The position numbers and the translations under genes were made by a program. Below the pieces are notes generated by a model, which was not told where the DNA came from, ran no database searches, and saw nothing but the letters and a program-made list of their open reading frames with translations. Source: Alphaproteobacteria bacterium (GTDB lineage: Bacteria > Pseudomonadota > Alphaproteobacteria > RF32 > CAG-239). Taken from it: DNA of 64,000 nt. Positions 19,120 to 28,985 of this stretch are shown here, in pieces. Every line of letters starts with the position of its first letter. Within the stretch, counting starts at the first letter, position 1. The stretch lies in assembly GCA_045630985.1 (NCBI GenBank), contig JAZQTW010000015.1, forward strand, positions 10,706 through 74,705, written 5' to 3'.

Positions 19120-19785
19120 ATGCAAAATAAATTCGCTGATGTAAGAAGTAATTTTGAGTATAATTTTTTGCAATTATATAAAACAATTCAAGAAAGAGAA
19201 AAGTTTTTATCTGATGAGGCAAAAATTGTTCAGTATACGGGTGTTTTGAGGTATTTTATGAAGTTTTTGCAGCAAAATGAGGAGTATTCTCACGATGTGA
19301 AAAGTATTCTCTTTAGAGTGAATGTGAAAATAGGTGATGTTTATTATAAAGAGGCTGTAAAAACACAAGATAATAGTAGATATTTTTTAGCTTTAGAATA
19401 TTATAATCAAGCAATGTCTTATGCTAATCGGCAGGATGAAAAAAATAGAGTATTATTGGCTTTGAAAGATATTTATTATTATCTAAATGATGAAGACGCT
19501 TTGATAAAGGTTGAAGAATCTTGGGCAGAAAATCAACAAGCAGAGGATAAGTTTTTTGCGTATATGTTTTTGGCGCAGAATTCGGAGAATCCAAAAATTA
19601 AAGCAAGTTTTTTGGAAAAGGCGTTGGATGAAGTTATGAGGCAAGAAAGTAGTTTTTATGCAAAATATCAAGATACATTGAATATCTGTAGTCAATTACT
19701 TGCTATTTATGAATTATTAGGCGAAAAAGAAAAAGTGATACGTATAAAGAAATTAAGAGAGAATACTCTGAGACTATTAAACTAG
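19120..19785 (+). CDS. hypothetical protein (helical, TPR-like?)
   Basis: ORF with GGAG RBS; no recognised motif. Confidence 0.45.
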   Translation: MQNKFADVRSNFEYNFLQLYKTIQEREKFLSDEAKIVQYTGVLRYFMKFLQQNEEYSHDVKSILFRVNVKIGDVYYKEAVKTQDNSRYFLALEYYNQAMSYANRQDEKNRVLLALKDIYYYLNDEDALIKVEESWAENQQAEDKFFAYMFLAQNSENPKIKASFLEKALDEVMRQESSFYAKYQDTLNICSQLLAIYELLGEKEKVIRIKKLRENTLRLLN

Positions 19786-19794
19786 GAGAATAAA

Positions 19795-20733
19795 ATGGCG
19801 CAGCATGTTGTTGATTTATTAATTTTGGGTTCTGGTCCTGCAGGATATACAGCAGGTATATATGCGGCAAGAGCTGGTATTAATGTTATGGTTGTTTCTG
19901 GTAATCAGGAAGGCGGTCAATTAACCATGACAGCTAGTATTGAAAACTTTCCAGGTTTTGAAGATATTAGCGGTTATGAGTTAATGGATAAAATGAAACA
20001 ACAAGCAATTAAACTTGGCGTTAAATTTGTAAATGATTATATTGTTGAAGTTGATTTTTCTAACAGACCATTTGTTTGTAGCTCAGAAAATGGACATTCT
20101 TATCAAGCACGAGCAATTATTGTTGCAACAGGTTCTTCTGCAAGGTGGTTAAATTTAGAATCTGAAAAGAAATATTTGGGATATGGTGTGTCTGCTTGCG
20201 CAACTTGTGATGGATTCTTCTATAGAGGAAGAACAGTTGCTGTTATTGGCGGTGGAAACTCTGCTGTAGCAGAAGCGTTATATCTTGCAACATTAGCAGA
20301 TAAAGTTATTTTGGTTCATAGAAGAAACCAATTAAGAGCTGATAAGATTTTACAAGATAGAGTTCTTAGTAACGAAAAGATTGTAGTTGAGTGGAATAGC
20401 GTTGTTGAAGAGGTTTTAGGTGTTGATGAGCCTAAAAAAGTTACTGGTATTAAAATTAAAAATGTTGAAACAGATGCTGTAAAAGAAATACCTTTGGATG
20501 GTGTTTTTGTGGCAGTTGGTCATAAGCCTAATACAGATATTTTCAAAGGTAATTTGATTTTGGATGGTAATGGGTATATTGTTACTCATGAAAATAGCTC
20601 TATTACTGATGTTGAAGGTGTATTTGCTGCAGGCGATGTTAAAGATCCAAAATATAAACAAGCTGTAATTTCTGCGGGAAGTGGCGCAATGGCAGCTATG
20701 GACGCAGTAGAATTTTTAGAGCAAAATCGCTAG
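19795..20733 (+). CDS. trxB: thioredoxin-disulfide reductase
   Basis: FAD motif GSGPAGYTAGIYAARAG, redox-active CATCDG, NADPH motif GGGNSAVAEA. Confidence 0.95.
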   Translation: MAQHVVDLLILGSGPAGYTAGIYAARAGINVMVVSGNQEGGQLTMTASIENFPGFEDISGYELMDKMKQQAIKLGVKFVNDYIVEVDFSNRPFVCSSENGHSYQARAIIVATGSSARWLNLESEKKYLGYGVSACATCDGFFYRGRTVAVIGGGNSAVAEALYLATLADKVILVHRRNQLRADKILQDRVLSNEKIVVEWNSVVEEVLGVDEPKKVTGIKIKNVETDAVKEIPLDGVFVAVGHKPNTDIFKGNLILDGNGYIVTHENSSITDVEGVFAAGDVKDPKYKQAVISAGSGAMAAMDAVEFLEQNR

Positions 20734-20747
20734 TTGATTGGTGTAAA

Positions 20748-20783
20748 ATAAAAGGCGCTATGTATTAGCGCCTTTTTTGTTTA
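20748..20783. terminator. bidirectional intrinsic terminator (trxB + / ychF -)
   Basis: AAAGGCGCTA-tgtat-TAGCGCCTTT hairpin, T-run downstream, A-run upstream. Confidence 0.75.
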
Positions 20784-21893
20784 TACATTAAATAAGAAGT
20801 TTAGTAAATCTCCATCTTTTACAATATATTCTTTTCCTTCAGAACGCATTTTACCAGCTTCTTTACAGCCTTGTTCTCCACCAAATTTGATATAATCATC
20901 GTAAGATATTGTTTCTGCTCTAATGAAGCCTCTTTCAAAATCTGAGTGAATAATTCCTGCACATTGAGGAGCTTTTGATCCTTTGATAAAAGTCCAAGCT
21001 CTAACCTCTTTAGGTCCAGCTGTAAAGTATGTTTCTAGTCCGAGAAGGGAGTATCCGGCTTTAATAATTTTTGTAAGCCCTGTTTCTTCTAAGCCAAGTG
21101 CTGATAAAAACTCTTGTTTTTCTTCTTCGCTATCTAATTGGGCAACTTCAGATTCTATTGCTGCTGAGATGATAACGGCTTTAGCATTTTCTTTTTGAGC
21201 TTTTTCGAATACTTTTTGAGAAAATTCATTACCAGTTGATGCGCTATCCTCATCTACATTGCAAACATATAATACTGGTTTAGATGTTAGTAGTTGCATC
21301 ATTTGGTATTGTTTATATGCATCTTTATCAGCAACATCTGGAGCAGCTGTTCTTGCTGGTTTCCCTTCTTTTAGTGCGTTGATAATTGGTTCCATAACTC
21401 TAGCTCTAACACCTGCTTCTTTGTCTCCACCTGTTTGAGCTTTTTTCTTTGTTTGTTCAAAACGTTTTTCTAATGATTCTAAGTCTGCTATCATTAATTC
21501 TGTTTCTACAATTTCAGCATCTCTAATTGGGTCTACAGAGCCTTCTACGTGAGTAATGTTGCCATCTTCAAAACAACGTAATACATGTATTATAGCGTCT
21601 GTTTCTCTAATGTTTGCTAAAAACTGGTTGCCAAGACCTTCGCCTTTGGATGCACCTTTTACAAGACCTGCGATGTCCACAAACTCTAGTTGTGTTGGAA
21701 CAATATTTTTAGGATTAACAATTTTTGCTAATTCTTGTAAGCGGTTATCTGGTACAGCAACACGTCCTGTATTTGGTTCTATTGTGCAAAAAGGAAAGTT
21801 TGCAGCTTGTGCAGCAATTGTTTGTGTTAATGCATTAAAAAGTGTGGATTTGCCAACGTTTGGTAAGCCTACAATACCACAATTAAATCCCAT
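20781..21893 (-). CDS. ychF: redox-regulated ribosome-binding ATPase YchF
   Basis: MGFNCGIVGLPNVGKSTLFNALT G1 motif, TGS C-terminal domain. Confidence 0.95.
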   Translation of the reverse strand: MGFNCGIVGLPNVGKSTLFNALTQTIAAQAANFPFCTIEPNTGRVAVPDNRLQELAKIVNPKNIVPTQLEFVDIAGLVKGASKGEGLGNQFLANIRETDAIIHVLRCFEDGNITHVEGSVDPIRDAEIVETELMIADLESLEKRFEQTKKKAQTGGDKEAGVRARVMEPIINALKEGKPARTAAPDVADKDAYKQYQMMQLLTSKPVLYVCNVDEDSASTGNEFSQKVFEKAQKENAKAVIISAAIESEVAQLDSEEEKQEFLSALGLEETGLTKIIKAGYSLLGLETYFTAGPKEVRAWTFIKGSKAPQCAGIIHSDFERGFIRAETISYDDYIKFGGEQGCKEAGKMRSEGKEYIVKDGDLLNFLFNV

Positions 21894-22066
21894 TTGTTTA
21901 CTCCTAAAATTTTGTTTATTACAATATCAGCGGTTATAATTGAAAAGAGATTGTTTTGCAACATAAAAATATTGAAAAAGCCATTTTGAAAATTTCTCTT
22001 GATTTTGTTTTTTTACATGTTACTTTATAGGCAGTTGTTTATACATATGTAAAATTCTAAATTATT

Positions 22067-22291
22067 ATGCATGAGATAAAAATCGAAAAAGTAATTGACC
22101 GTGGAAGTTTTTTTCAGGTTGAAGGTTTTGACCCAGCATGCAAGTGTGGTATGGGGTTGAGCTTTACTAAAGAAAGAATTAAAGGCGTAGTTCCGCGCGT
22201 GGGTCAAACTCTTAAGCTGTATCTGCAGGATAGCTGTTGTTCTCAGATAGTCGGTGCAGATCTAGATGGTGTTGAACTGTTTAGAGATTAA
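22067..22291 (+). CDS. hypothetical small protein (74 aa)
   Basis: ORF with terminator hairpin directly downstream; no SD; locally GC-richer; weak. Confidence 0.3.
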   Translation: MHEIKIEKVIDRGSFFQVEGFDPACKCGMGLSFTKERIKGVVPRVGQTLKLYLQDSCCSQIVGADLDGVELFRD

Positions 22292-22304
22292 TCTCTTTAA
22301 ATTA

Positions 22305-22343
22305 AAGCAAGGATTCTATACGAATTTCCTTGCTTTTTATTTT
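22305..22343. terminator. bidirectional intrinsic terminator (shared with pth)
   Basis: AAGCAAGGA-loop-TCCTTGCTT hairpin, TTTTATTTT. Confidence 0.65.
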
Positions 22344-22909
22344 GCGTTGTTCATTCCTACAATATTGGAATAATGAGCAATTCCTTTTTTTATTAATTCG
22401 CCAATTGATGAGGCGATAAAGTCTAAATCTTTTTCTAATAAATCTAATTCTTGTTTTGAAAATCGTGATAATACAAAGTTTATTGTATCTGTATTATACT
22501 CTTTAGGAGAACCAACTCCAATACGTATTCTGTTATATTCTTGACCAATTTGAGAATCTATATTTTTTAATCCATTATGTCCACCGGCTGAGCCACCTAG
22601 TTTGGCTTTTAGCTTTCCTAAAGCTAGGTCTTTATCGTCATGTATTACTACAATGTTTTGTGGTGGAATTTTGTAGAATTTTGCAGTTTTACCTACAGAA
22701 TTACCTGATAAGTTCATATATGTTTGTGGTTTTAATAACAAAACTTTTTCACCGTTGATAGAGCCTTCGGCAAGTAAACCCTCAAATTTTGATTTGAATG
22801 GGGCAAAATTATAGCGACTGAATATTTCATCAGCCGCCATAAATCCAATGTTGTGGCGGGTTTTAGCATATTCCTCTCCAGGATTTCCGAGACCAACCAC
22901 TAAAAACAT
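22337..22909 (-). CDS. pth: peptidyl-tRNA hydrolase
   Basis: MFLVVGLGNPGEEYAKTRHNIGF, conserved His and Asp catalytic residues. Confidence 0.9.
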   Translation of the reverse strand: MFLVVGLGNPGEEYAKTRHNIGFMAADEIFSRYNFAPFKSKFEGLLAEGSINGEKVLLLKPQTYMNLSGNSVGKTAKFYKIPPQNIVVIHDDKDLALGKLKAKLGGSAGGHNGLKNIDSQIGQEYNRIRIGVGSPKEYNTDTINFVLSRFSKQELDLLEKDLDFIASSIGELIKKGIAHYSNIVGMNNAK

Positions 22910-22925
22910 CTTTTGTTCCTTTTAA

Positions 22926-23216
22926 TTATTTACGTAAAAAGTCTACGTGAACAGGTTTATCAGAAACTGGGTGGAATTGTACGTCTTTGCATACAACTGT
23001 TTCTGTTTTACCATCTAAAGAAACTGTAATTGTTGATTTATAGAAATCAGCAATATCAAGAGCTTTTTCTAATTCTACAGGATGAAGGCTGATGTTTACA
23101 GCATCTTTTTTTCCACCATAAATAACTGCAGGAATACGGCCTTCTCTACGACATGCACGAGCTGCCCCCTTACCTGCTTTTTCACGCAATTTTGCATTAA
23201 ATGTAATATCTGTCAT
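22926..23216 (-). CDS. rplY: 50S ribosomal protein L25 (short form)
   Basis: 96 aa; MTDITFNAKLREKAGKGAARACRREGRIPAVIYGG typical L25 N-terminus; downstream of pth as usual. Confidence 0.85.
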   Translation of the reverse strand: MTDITFNAKLREKAGKGAARACRREGRIPAVIYGGKKDAVNISLHPVELEKALDIADFYKSTITVSLDGKTETVVCKDVQFHPVSDKPVHVDFLRK

Positions 23217-23313
23217 TTTTTTATCCTTTAAAATTTAAGTTAAACAAACAACCTCCAGGGGTGTTGTTTGCATGTATTCTTTTATATAAATTTATTTAAA
23301 AATCAAGAGTTTT

Positions 23314-23341
23314 TTATAAAAAAAGGAGGCCTTAGCCTCCT
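23314..23341 (-). terminator. intrinsic terminator of pssA
   Basis: minus-strand GGAGGC-taag-GCCTCC followed by TTTTTTTAT. Confidence 0.7.
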
Positions 23342-23345
23342 AATC

Positions 23346-24152
23346 TTATTCTTTTATGTTTTTTAATTGTTCTAAGTATGCTTTTTTATCTTTGTTGAAT
23401 TTTACAATTCCATAAGGGATAAATATAGCATAAATAGCAGTTAAAACACCTAAAGCTAACCATGTTTGGGTAAATAAGAAGTTAGCAGTTAGGGCAACAA
23501 TGATTAATAAAGGTATCATCATTGTAGTTTTTATCTTTGTTTTTTTCAAAGATAATGTAGGGATACGACTCGTTTCTAAATATGATACAACACACATCCA
23601 AATGCTACAAAAAGCATGTGAGCGTAAAATTGTTTCTGCCTCAACAAAGTCAAAAGTTATTAAAACAGGCATAAGAGCTAATGCTGCAGCAGCAGGAGCC
23701 GGTACACCTGTAAAGTAATTTGCCCAATAAGGAGGTACTGTTTCATCTTCTAACATAGCATTAAATCTAGCTAAACGCATAGCCATACCCATTGCGTATA
23801 ATAAGCAGAAGAACCAACCTATTTTAGGTAAATCGAATAGGCACCATTGGAACATTAAAATGGCAGGAGCAATACCGAAGCTAACAAAATCACAAAGAGA
23901 ATCGAGTTCAGCTCCAAATTTTGATGAGGCCTTAAGTAATCTAGCTATTCTACCATCTAGTCCATCAAGTAGGCCTGCTAAAAAGATGAATAATACAGCT
24001 CTTCTCCAGTCTTCTTGAACAGAATAGCGAATCGATGTAAGTCCTGAGCAAAGAGCTAACATAGTTACAATATTTGGAACAAGTTTGCGAAAAGGAATTT
24101 CACTAAGTTTGTTTTTAGGAAGTTTTATTTTCCCGTTTAACGAAGGTTTCAT
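23346..24152 (-). CDS. pssA: CDP-diacylglycerol--serine O-phosphatidyltransferase (CDP-alcohol phosphatidyltransferase family)
   Basis: DGxxAR...G...D...D motif (DGLDGRIARLL...GAELDSLCD), multiple TM helices. Confidence 0.85.
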   Translation of the reverse strand: MKPSLNGKIKLPKNKLSEIPFRKLVPNIVTMLALCSGLTSIRYSVQEDWRRAVLFIFLAGLLDGLDGRIARLLKASSKFGAELDSLCDFVSFGIAPAILMFQWCLFDLPKIGWFFCLLYAMGMAMRLARFNAMLEDETVPPYWANYFTGVPAPAAAALALMPVLITFDFVEAETILRSHAFCSIWMCVVSYLETSRIPTLSLKKTKIKTTMMIPLLIIVALTANFLFTQTWLALGVLTAIYAIFIPYGIVKFNKDKKAYLEQLKNIKE

Positions 24153-24331
24153 TTATATCTTCTTTCATAAAAAGTATGCCGAAACGCTGTTTCTGACGCA
24201 TACATAGGTTAATTTTTGACATACGTTGTATGTCGTTTCAAAAAAAATTTTAAAGAAAAATAAAAAAAATACAAGTTTTATGTTGCAATTATAATTTTTT
24301 GTTTGTATAAGAGTTTTCGTTGATGATTTTT

Positions 24332-24418
24332 GCGCTTGTGGCGGAACAGGTAGACGCTGCAGACTTAAAATCTGTTGGGAGCAATCCCGTGCCGGTTCGA
24401 TTCCGGCCTAGCGCACCA
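24332..24418 (+). tRNA. tRNA-Leu (anticodon TAA)
   Basis: GCGCTTG acceptor stem, GGTAGA D-loop, anticodon loop CTTAAAA, long variable arm, GGTTCGATTCC T-arm, 3' CCA encoded; 87 nt. Confidence 0.85.
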
Positions 24419-24426
24419 TCTTTGTT

Positions 24427-24454
24427 AAAAGCACCTTTTTAGGTGCTTTTTTTG
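24427..24454 (+). terminator. intrinsic terminator after tRNA-Leu
   Basis: AAAGCACC-ttttta-GGTGCTTT + T-run. Confidence 0.7.
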
Positions 24455-24505
24455 TTGTATATTATGCTTTTTTTTGATAAAATCATATTAAATTGATAAT
24501 ATTTT

Positions 24506-25807
24506 ATGGATGGAGATATTATGTCTAGCTTAAAAGAAAGAATAGAACGTTTACGTGAAACAATCTCAGGTGGTAGAGAGAGTAATGAGACCTATATGTC
24601 TAAGATGCGTAATTGGTGTTGCGTGCATACAACAAGATATGAACCAAAGAAAAATAATGATGGAGAGCTATATATAGAGACAACAGCTATGGCAACAGGT
24701 AATGAATTACCAAGAGCCTCTATACATGTAACACTGAATCAGGTTGTTGCTAGTCATCTGGGAGGCAATTGGGATGATGCTCCTATTGTGGTGATAGCTC
24801 CATATAATGATGTTGTTGAAAAGAATGGTAATCCTCAAGAAGTATCAACAGCAGATACTTATTTTATTCCGAATCCAGATACAGGATTGGTTTTGCCTAA
24901 TAGTGTGTATATTGTTAAGCCAAGTAAAGACGGAGATGCTTTGTTTGAAGTTGGTGAAAATGTGGCAACCTATAAAACAGATAATTATACTGCTGAAGAA
25001 ATAGAAGAGATTTTATCTCTTAGCGAGTTTGATAGATATCGATATGATGAATATATGAAGGGAAATGTTTCTGAGTATAGTGTAAAAGGTGTTTTAGGCT
25101 ACGATGAAAATTTGATTAAAGTGTATGAAGGAACAGAAGATAAACAAGCTTTTATGCGTGGAATTTTTGAAGAAGATAGATTTGTTATATTGAATAAATT
25201 GCTACGTGATGCAGTTGTTAAAATGGCAATGGAAAAAATGGATTTTAGATACGTTTTATCGCATGAAGATGAAGTGACAGGAGTTGTTGCAGAGGTTGCA
25301 AGAGATGAAGGTATAAGAGGAGATAGTGGTAACAAAGGACATTCTTGTTCATTGGAATGTGAATTAGAGCAAGAAGGCTGTGCGTTGGTTGCTGTGTCTC
25401 GTAAATTAAGAGAAGGTAATGTTGATGAAGCTGTGGATGCTTTGGGCGGATGTTCTAGTGTAGTTAGTGATAAATTTATTTCTTGTGTGTTAAATGATAC
25501 TCCTTTTGTGGATTTTCATGATATGTATAAAAAATCATTTGATGACTATATGAGACGAAAGGTAGCTTTTGTTGGTAAGGGTGATGATGAGCCAAAAACA
25601 ATTGAAGAATATAATCCTAATTTAGATGTGGTTTTGAAGCGTCATTCTATTCAAATGGCTAGAGAACTTAATCAATCAATGAATGAACTGAAGAAAGATC
25701 CAGAAAAATACGAGGATTTAAAGATACACTTGAGAGAAAAGCAAGAAATGCAAAGACAAGCAAATAGTATAAAAATGGGAAGAGATAGCGATTTTGGTAA
25801 CTGGTAG
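24506..25807 (+). CDS. hypothetical protein, 433 aa, no recognised domain (tRNA-adjacent orphan)
   Basis: long ORF with coding-like composition; start 24506 or 24521. Confidence 0.5.
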   Translation: MDGDIMSSLKERIERLRETISGGRESNETYMSKMRNWCCVHTTRYEPKKNNDGELYIETTAMATGNELPRASIHVTLNQVVASHLGGNWDDAPIVVIAPYNDVVEKNGNPQEVSTADTYFIPNPDTGLVLPNSVYIVKPSKDGDALFEVGENVATYKTDNYTAEEIEEILSLSEFDRYRYDEYMKGNVSEYSVKGVLGYDENLIKVYEGTEDKQAFMRGIFEEDRFVILNKLLRDAVVKMAMEKMDFRYVLSHEDEVTGVVAEVARDEGIRGDSGNKGHSCSLECELEQEGCALVAVSRKLREGNVDEAVDALGGCSSVVSDKFISCVLNDTPFVDFHDMYKKSFDDYMRRKVAFVGKGDDEPKTIEEYNPNLDVVLKRHSIQMARELNQSMNELKKDPEKYEDLKIHLREKQEMQRQANSIKMGRDSDFGNW

Positions 25808-25882
25808 CACTTTAGTGTTGATTTTGTAGTATGTTTGGCGTAAAATTTGTTGTATAAAGTTTTACTATAGTGAGGTTTTGTT

Positions 25883-26512
25883 ATGGTTAAGGTGTATTTT
25901 GTTCGTCACGGAGAGACGTTTCTTAATGTTGAGTGTAGACTTGCAGGACAGATTGAAACAGAATTAACCGAAAATGGCAAAAAACAAGCTGATGAAACAG
26001 GTAAGAAATTATTTGAAATGAACGTTTGTCCTGATGTGATTTTATGCTCACCATATAAAAGAGCGGTAAATACGGCAGGTTTTATTAATCAGTACTTAAA
26101 AGCACCAATTGAGTATAAGGAAGATTTAAAAGAAATTAATTTTGGTGATTGTGAAGGCGTTCATATTGATGATGTGAAAAAGTTGGTTTTTAATCCACCT
26201 TATGTGTGTGGCGAGTTTGTTATGCATAATGGGGTTGAGTTAAGAAGATTGCATGATTCGTTTGATCAAAAATATAATTGTATAGCGCATCCTAATGGGG
26301 AGAGCAAAGAGCAGGCGAGAAATCGCTTTAGTAAAGTTATTTCTTTATATCTAGATGAACATAAAGATGTTAAAACACTTTTGATTGTAGCACATGGGTC
26401 TGTTATGAGGAATCTATTTTTACAAGTTGCACCTCATATGATAAAAGAGAAAATTAAAAATGGTCAGGTGTTGATGTTGAATTATGAAACAGGCAAAGGC
26501 TTTTTTGCTTAA
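25883..26512 (+). CDS. histidine phosphatase family protein (phosphoglycerate-mutase-like)
   Basis: VYFVRHGET...RLAGQ catalytic RHG motif at N-terminus, second His region AHGSVMR. Confidence 0.75.
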   Translation: MVKVYFVRHGETFLNVECRLAGQIETELTENGKKQADETGKKLFEMNVCPDVILCSPYKRAVNTAGFINQYLKAPIEYKEDLKEINFGDCEGVHIDDVKKLVFNPPYVCGEFVMHNGVELRRLHDSFDQKYNCIAHPNGESKEQARNRFSKVISLYLDEHKDVKTLLIVAHGSVMRNLFLQVAPHMIKEKIKNGQVLMLNYETGKGFFA

Positions 26513-26517
26513 TAAAT

Positions 26518-27129
26518 TTATTTGAAGCAATTTATAAATTCGCTTAGCATTGGAATGGTTATATTTTCTACAATTTCAGGATTTTCATAAAAATCACGAA
26601 GTTTTTTGGATAATTCAATTTGTATTACATTTGGTTTGTTGAACTTCTTTAAATATCTGCCTGTTAAACCAAGTGTTCCACTATAGTTTGGGTGGTTTAC
26701 GATGGTTTTAAGGTTATATTTGTGTGCAATACTTAGCATTTTTTGTAAATGAGGGGAATCTATTGGTGCAGAATCTCCTATTCCAAAACATATGTCATAT
26801 CTGATAGGTTTGGCAAAACCATGGATATCTAAGAAATAATGTTTCTCAAGGTTGTTGTTTGCAATATAATCTGATATCATATCTTTGTATGGAGTAAATT
26901 TTACTCTAACGATGGTAGATGTGTTTTCTTTTTGACCAAGATATTTTACAATTGCACCGGTATGTAAATCGGCTAATTTTTCTTTTTTCCTAACAAAGCT
27001 TTTTGTAGCATGAGGTGCTGAAAGTATTAAAGATGTGTTGCGATTTGTGTATTCAAAAGTTTCATTACGGTCAGTGTTGCCGTATGAATAAAATTCTTTA
27101 TCTAATATTTTAAGCTCTTCTATCATCAT
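26518..27129 (-). CDS. hypothetical hydrolase, possibly N-formylglutamate-amidohydrolase-like
   Basis: LILSAPHATKS and FLDIHGF segments resemble the FGase family metal-binding motifs; weak memory-based call. Confidence 0.3.
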   Translation of the reverse strand: MMIEELKILDKEFYSYGNTDRNETFEYTNRNTSLILSAPHATKSFVRKKEKLADLHTGAIVKYLGQKENTSTIVRVKFTPYKDMISDYIANNNLEKHYFLDIHGFAKPIRYDICFGIGDSAPIDSPHLQKMLSIAHKYNLKTIVNHPNYSGTLGLTGRYLKKFNKPNVIQIELSKKLRDFYENPEIVENITIPMLSEFINCFK

Positions 27130-27264
27130 GAGATAAGTTTATTTGGTAAAAGTTAACATTAGTATAAGATGAGCGTATATGATTTTGCTTGATTTTTTTT
27201 AATATTGATATTATAGATGTGTTCTTCATTTCTATTATTATAAACCTCTTAAATATATATTTTT

Positions 27265-27798
27265 ATGAATTCTATAACAGAAATTAAGAAACAGCTTAAA
27301 ACCAATGGCTTTCAGGCTGTTGTAACTACTCAGCCGTACCTTCCTCTTAAGTTGAAGGCTATTGCGGTGGGAGAGTGGAAGAAAGAATGTAAGCATTATC
27401 CTAAAGAGGAAGTTGTTGAGACAAAAAGAGTTTTAGGAGAATCTCTTACAAGATTTAAGTTCTTTGAAGATGGTCAGATATATGACATTCAGTGCATGTA
27501 TGGAATGGATGACCGTGGAGAGTTTTATCTTTTCTGCAAAGAGGATAAAGATAAGGATGCTTTTAAGATTCTGAATGGAAGCTTTGTCTTTGAGTTTTCG
27601 TCAGAGCAGTTCTATTATCTGTTGACTAATGTTTGTGTTACAAGCTGGGCTCTTTTTGCTAGCAGTTGTGTTTGCAACAACCGTAGCGAGGTAGAGAAGT
27701 TTGAAAAGCTTGTTAAGGACAACATTGCAGATGACGGGAGAAAAACAAGAGCTTACTCTTTGATTAACAGGTTATACTATAATCTGGATAATAAGTAG
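27265..27798 (+). CDS. hypothetical protein (177 aa)
   Basis: ORF followed by strong terminator. Confidence 0.45.
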   Translation: MNSITEIKKQLKTNGFQAVVTTQPYLPLKLKAIAVGEWKKECKHYPKEEVVETKRVLGESLTRFKFFEDGQIYDIQCMYGMDDRGEFYLFCKEDKDKDAFKILNGSFVFEFSSEQFYYLLTNVCVTSWALFASSCVCNNRSEVEKFEKLVKDNIADDGRKTRAYSLINRLYYNLDNK

Positions 27799-27804
27799 TG
27801 TAGT

Positions 27805-27831
27805 TGCCCCTTTTATAGGGGCTTTTTTTAT
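27805..27831 (+). terminator. intrinsic terminator
   Basis: GCCCC-ttttata-GGGGC + TTTTTTTT. Confidence 0.75.
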
Positions 27832-27910
27832 GCAAAAAAATAGGTTGTATTTGACAGTATTTACATATGGTCTTAAAGTTTGTTTAGTTATTAATTTTAG
27901 GAGTTTAGTT

Positions 27911-28219
27911 ATGAAAAAAGTTCTATTAGCTATTTTGGTTTTGTTGGTATCTGCATGTAGTGCTGATTTATCAAAGTATGCAACAGCAGATGCAAATGCA
28001 TCAACAAAAACAAGAATGCGCGCATGTATGGTTGCAGAAGCAAATAGTAGATTACAAGCGGGAACTTTGTTCTCACAAGGAATTTCTGCAACTGCAGATG
28101 AAATTGTTGAAGTATGTTTGAAAAAATTAGCATTAGAATCTGCAGGTATTAGTTCTGAATCTCAATCTACAGCTCAAAGCATTATTCAAAGTTTGAAAAA
28201 TTTGGGTGGTTCTAATTAG
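27911..28219 (+). CDS. small lipoprotein
   Basis: MKKVLLAILVLLVSAC lipobox; AGGAG RBS 8 nt upstream of ATG 27911 (track ORF 27830 start is upstream and lacks RBS). Confidence 0.55.
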   Translation: MKKVLLAILVLLVSACSADLSKYATADANASTKTRMRACMVAEANSRLQAGTLFSQGISATADEIVEVCLKKLALESAGISSESQSTAQSIIQSLKNLGGSN

Positions 28220-28225
28220 TAAATA

Positions 28226-28984
28226 ATGTTTCGTTTTTTTGTATTATTTCTTTTTCTTCTTTTGGCAGGATGTCAAAGTATAGTTATTCCTGATAACTTT
28301 GAGTATAAAGAAATTGTTACAGATACATTTACAATAGCTAGTTGGCAAAAAATTAGCGATAATAAAGGAACAGTTAAAGTTTATATAGAAGGTGATGGGG
28401 CTTCTTTTGATGCTTATGGAAGAGCAACAAAAGACCCCACTCCTAGAGGTCGAATGATTAGAGATTTGGCTTTTGGTGATAATAGTAATAATGTTGTTTA
28501 TTTGGCAAGACCTTGTCAATTTGTTATGAGCGATATATGTTCTGTTAGGCATTGGACTACAGCTCGATTTTCGTTTGAAGTTGTTGATTCAATGTATGAG
28601 GCAATTAAGAAAATTGCTAAAAATAGAGAGGTTATTTTAATAGGTTTTTCTGGTGGAGCTCAAGTATCAGGTCTTATTTCTGTTTTAAAAAGAGATTTAA
28701 GGGTTAAAAAAATTATTACTGTTGCTGGTAATTTAGACCATTTAGCGTGGACGCAATATCATAATATACCAAGTTTGAGCGAATCGTTAAATTTAAATGA
28801 TTATAAAAATGAGTATTTTAAGATACCGCAAAAACATTATGTTGGTGATTTAGATAATGTCATACCTTCTGGTTTGGTGTTTGATTTTGTTAAAGATAAA
28901 AATATAGATGTTGAAATTGTTAAAAAAGCATCCCATTCAGAAGGATGGGACGCTGTTTATGATGAAATTTGGAAAGAAAAATAA
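28226..28984 (+). CDS. lipoprotein with alpha/beta-hydrolase-like core (GFSGG nucleophile elbow)
   Basis: lipobox LLLAGC; GxSxG motif ILIGFSGGAQ; possible Asp/His downstream. Confidence 0.5.
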   Translation: MFRFFVLFLFLLLAGCQSIVIPDNFEYKEIVTDTFTIASWQKISDNKGTVKVYIEGDGASFDAYGRATKDPTPRGRMIRDLAFGDNSNNVVYLARPCQFVMSDICSVRHWTTARFSFEVVDSMYEAIKKIAKNREVILIGFSGGAQVSGLISVLKRDLRVKKIITVAGNLDHLAWTQYHNIPSLSESLNLNDYKNEYFKIPQKHYVGDLDNVIPSGLVFDFVKDKNIDVEIVKKASHSEGWDAVYDEIWKEK

Positions 28985-28985
28985 T

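Noticed and set aside
18806-19222. minus ORF 138 aa overlapping the Cys-rich gene
   Set aside because: F/L/Y/N/I-rich antisense artefact typical of AT-rich DNA; the + strand ORF has a GGAGG RBS and a structured Cys motif.
22025-22207. minus ORF 60 aa in the ychF-pth spacer
   Set aside because: Overlaps the better-supported + ORF 22067..22291 and a promoter-like AT-rich region; no RBS.
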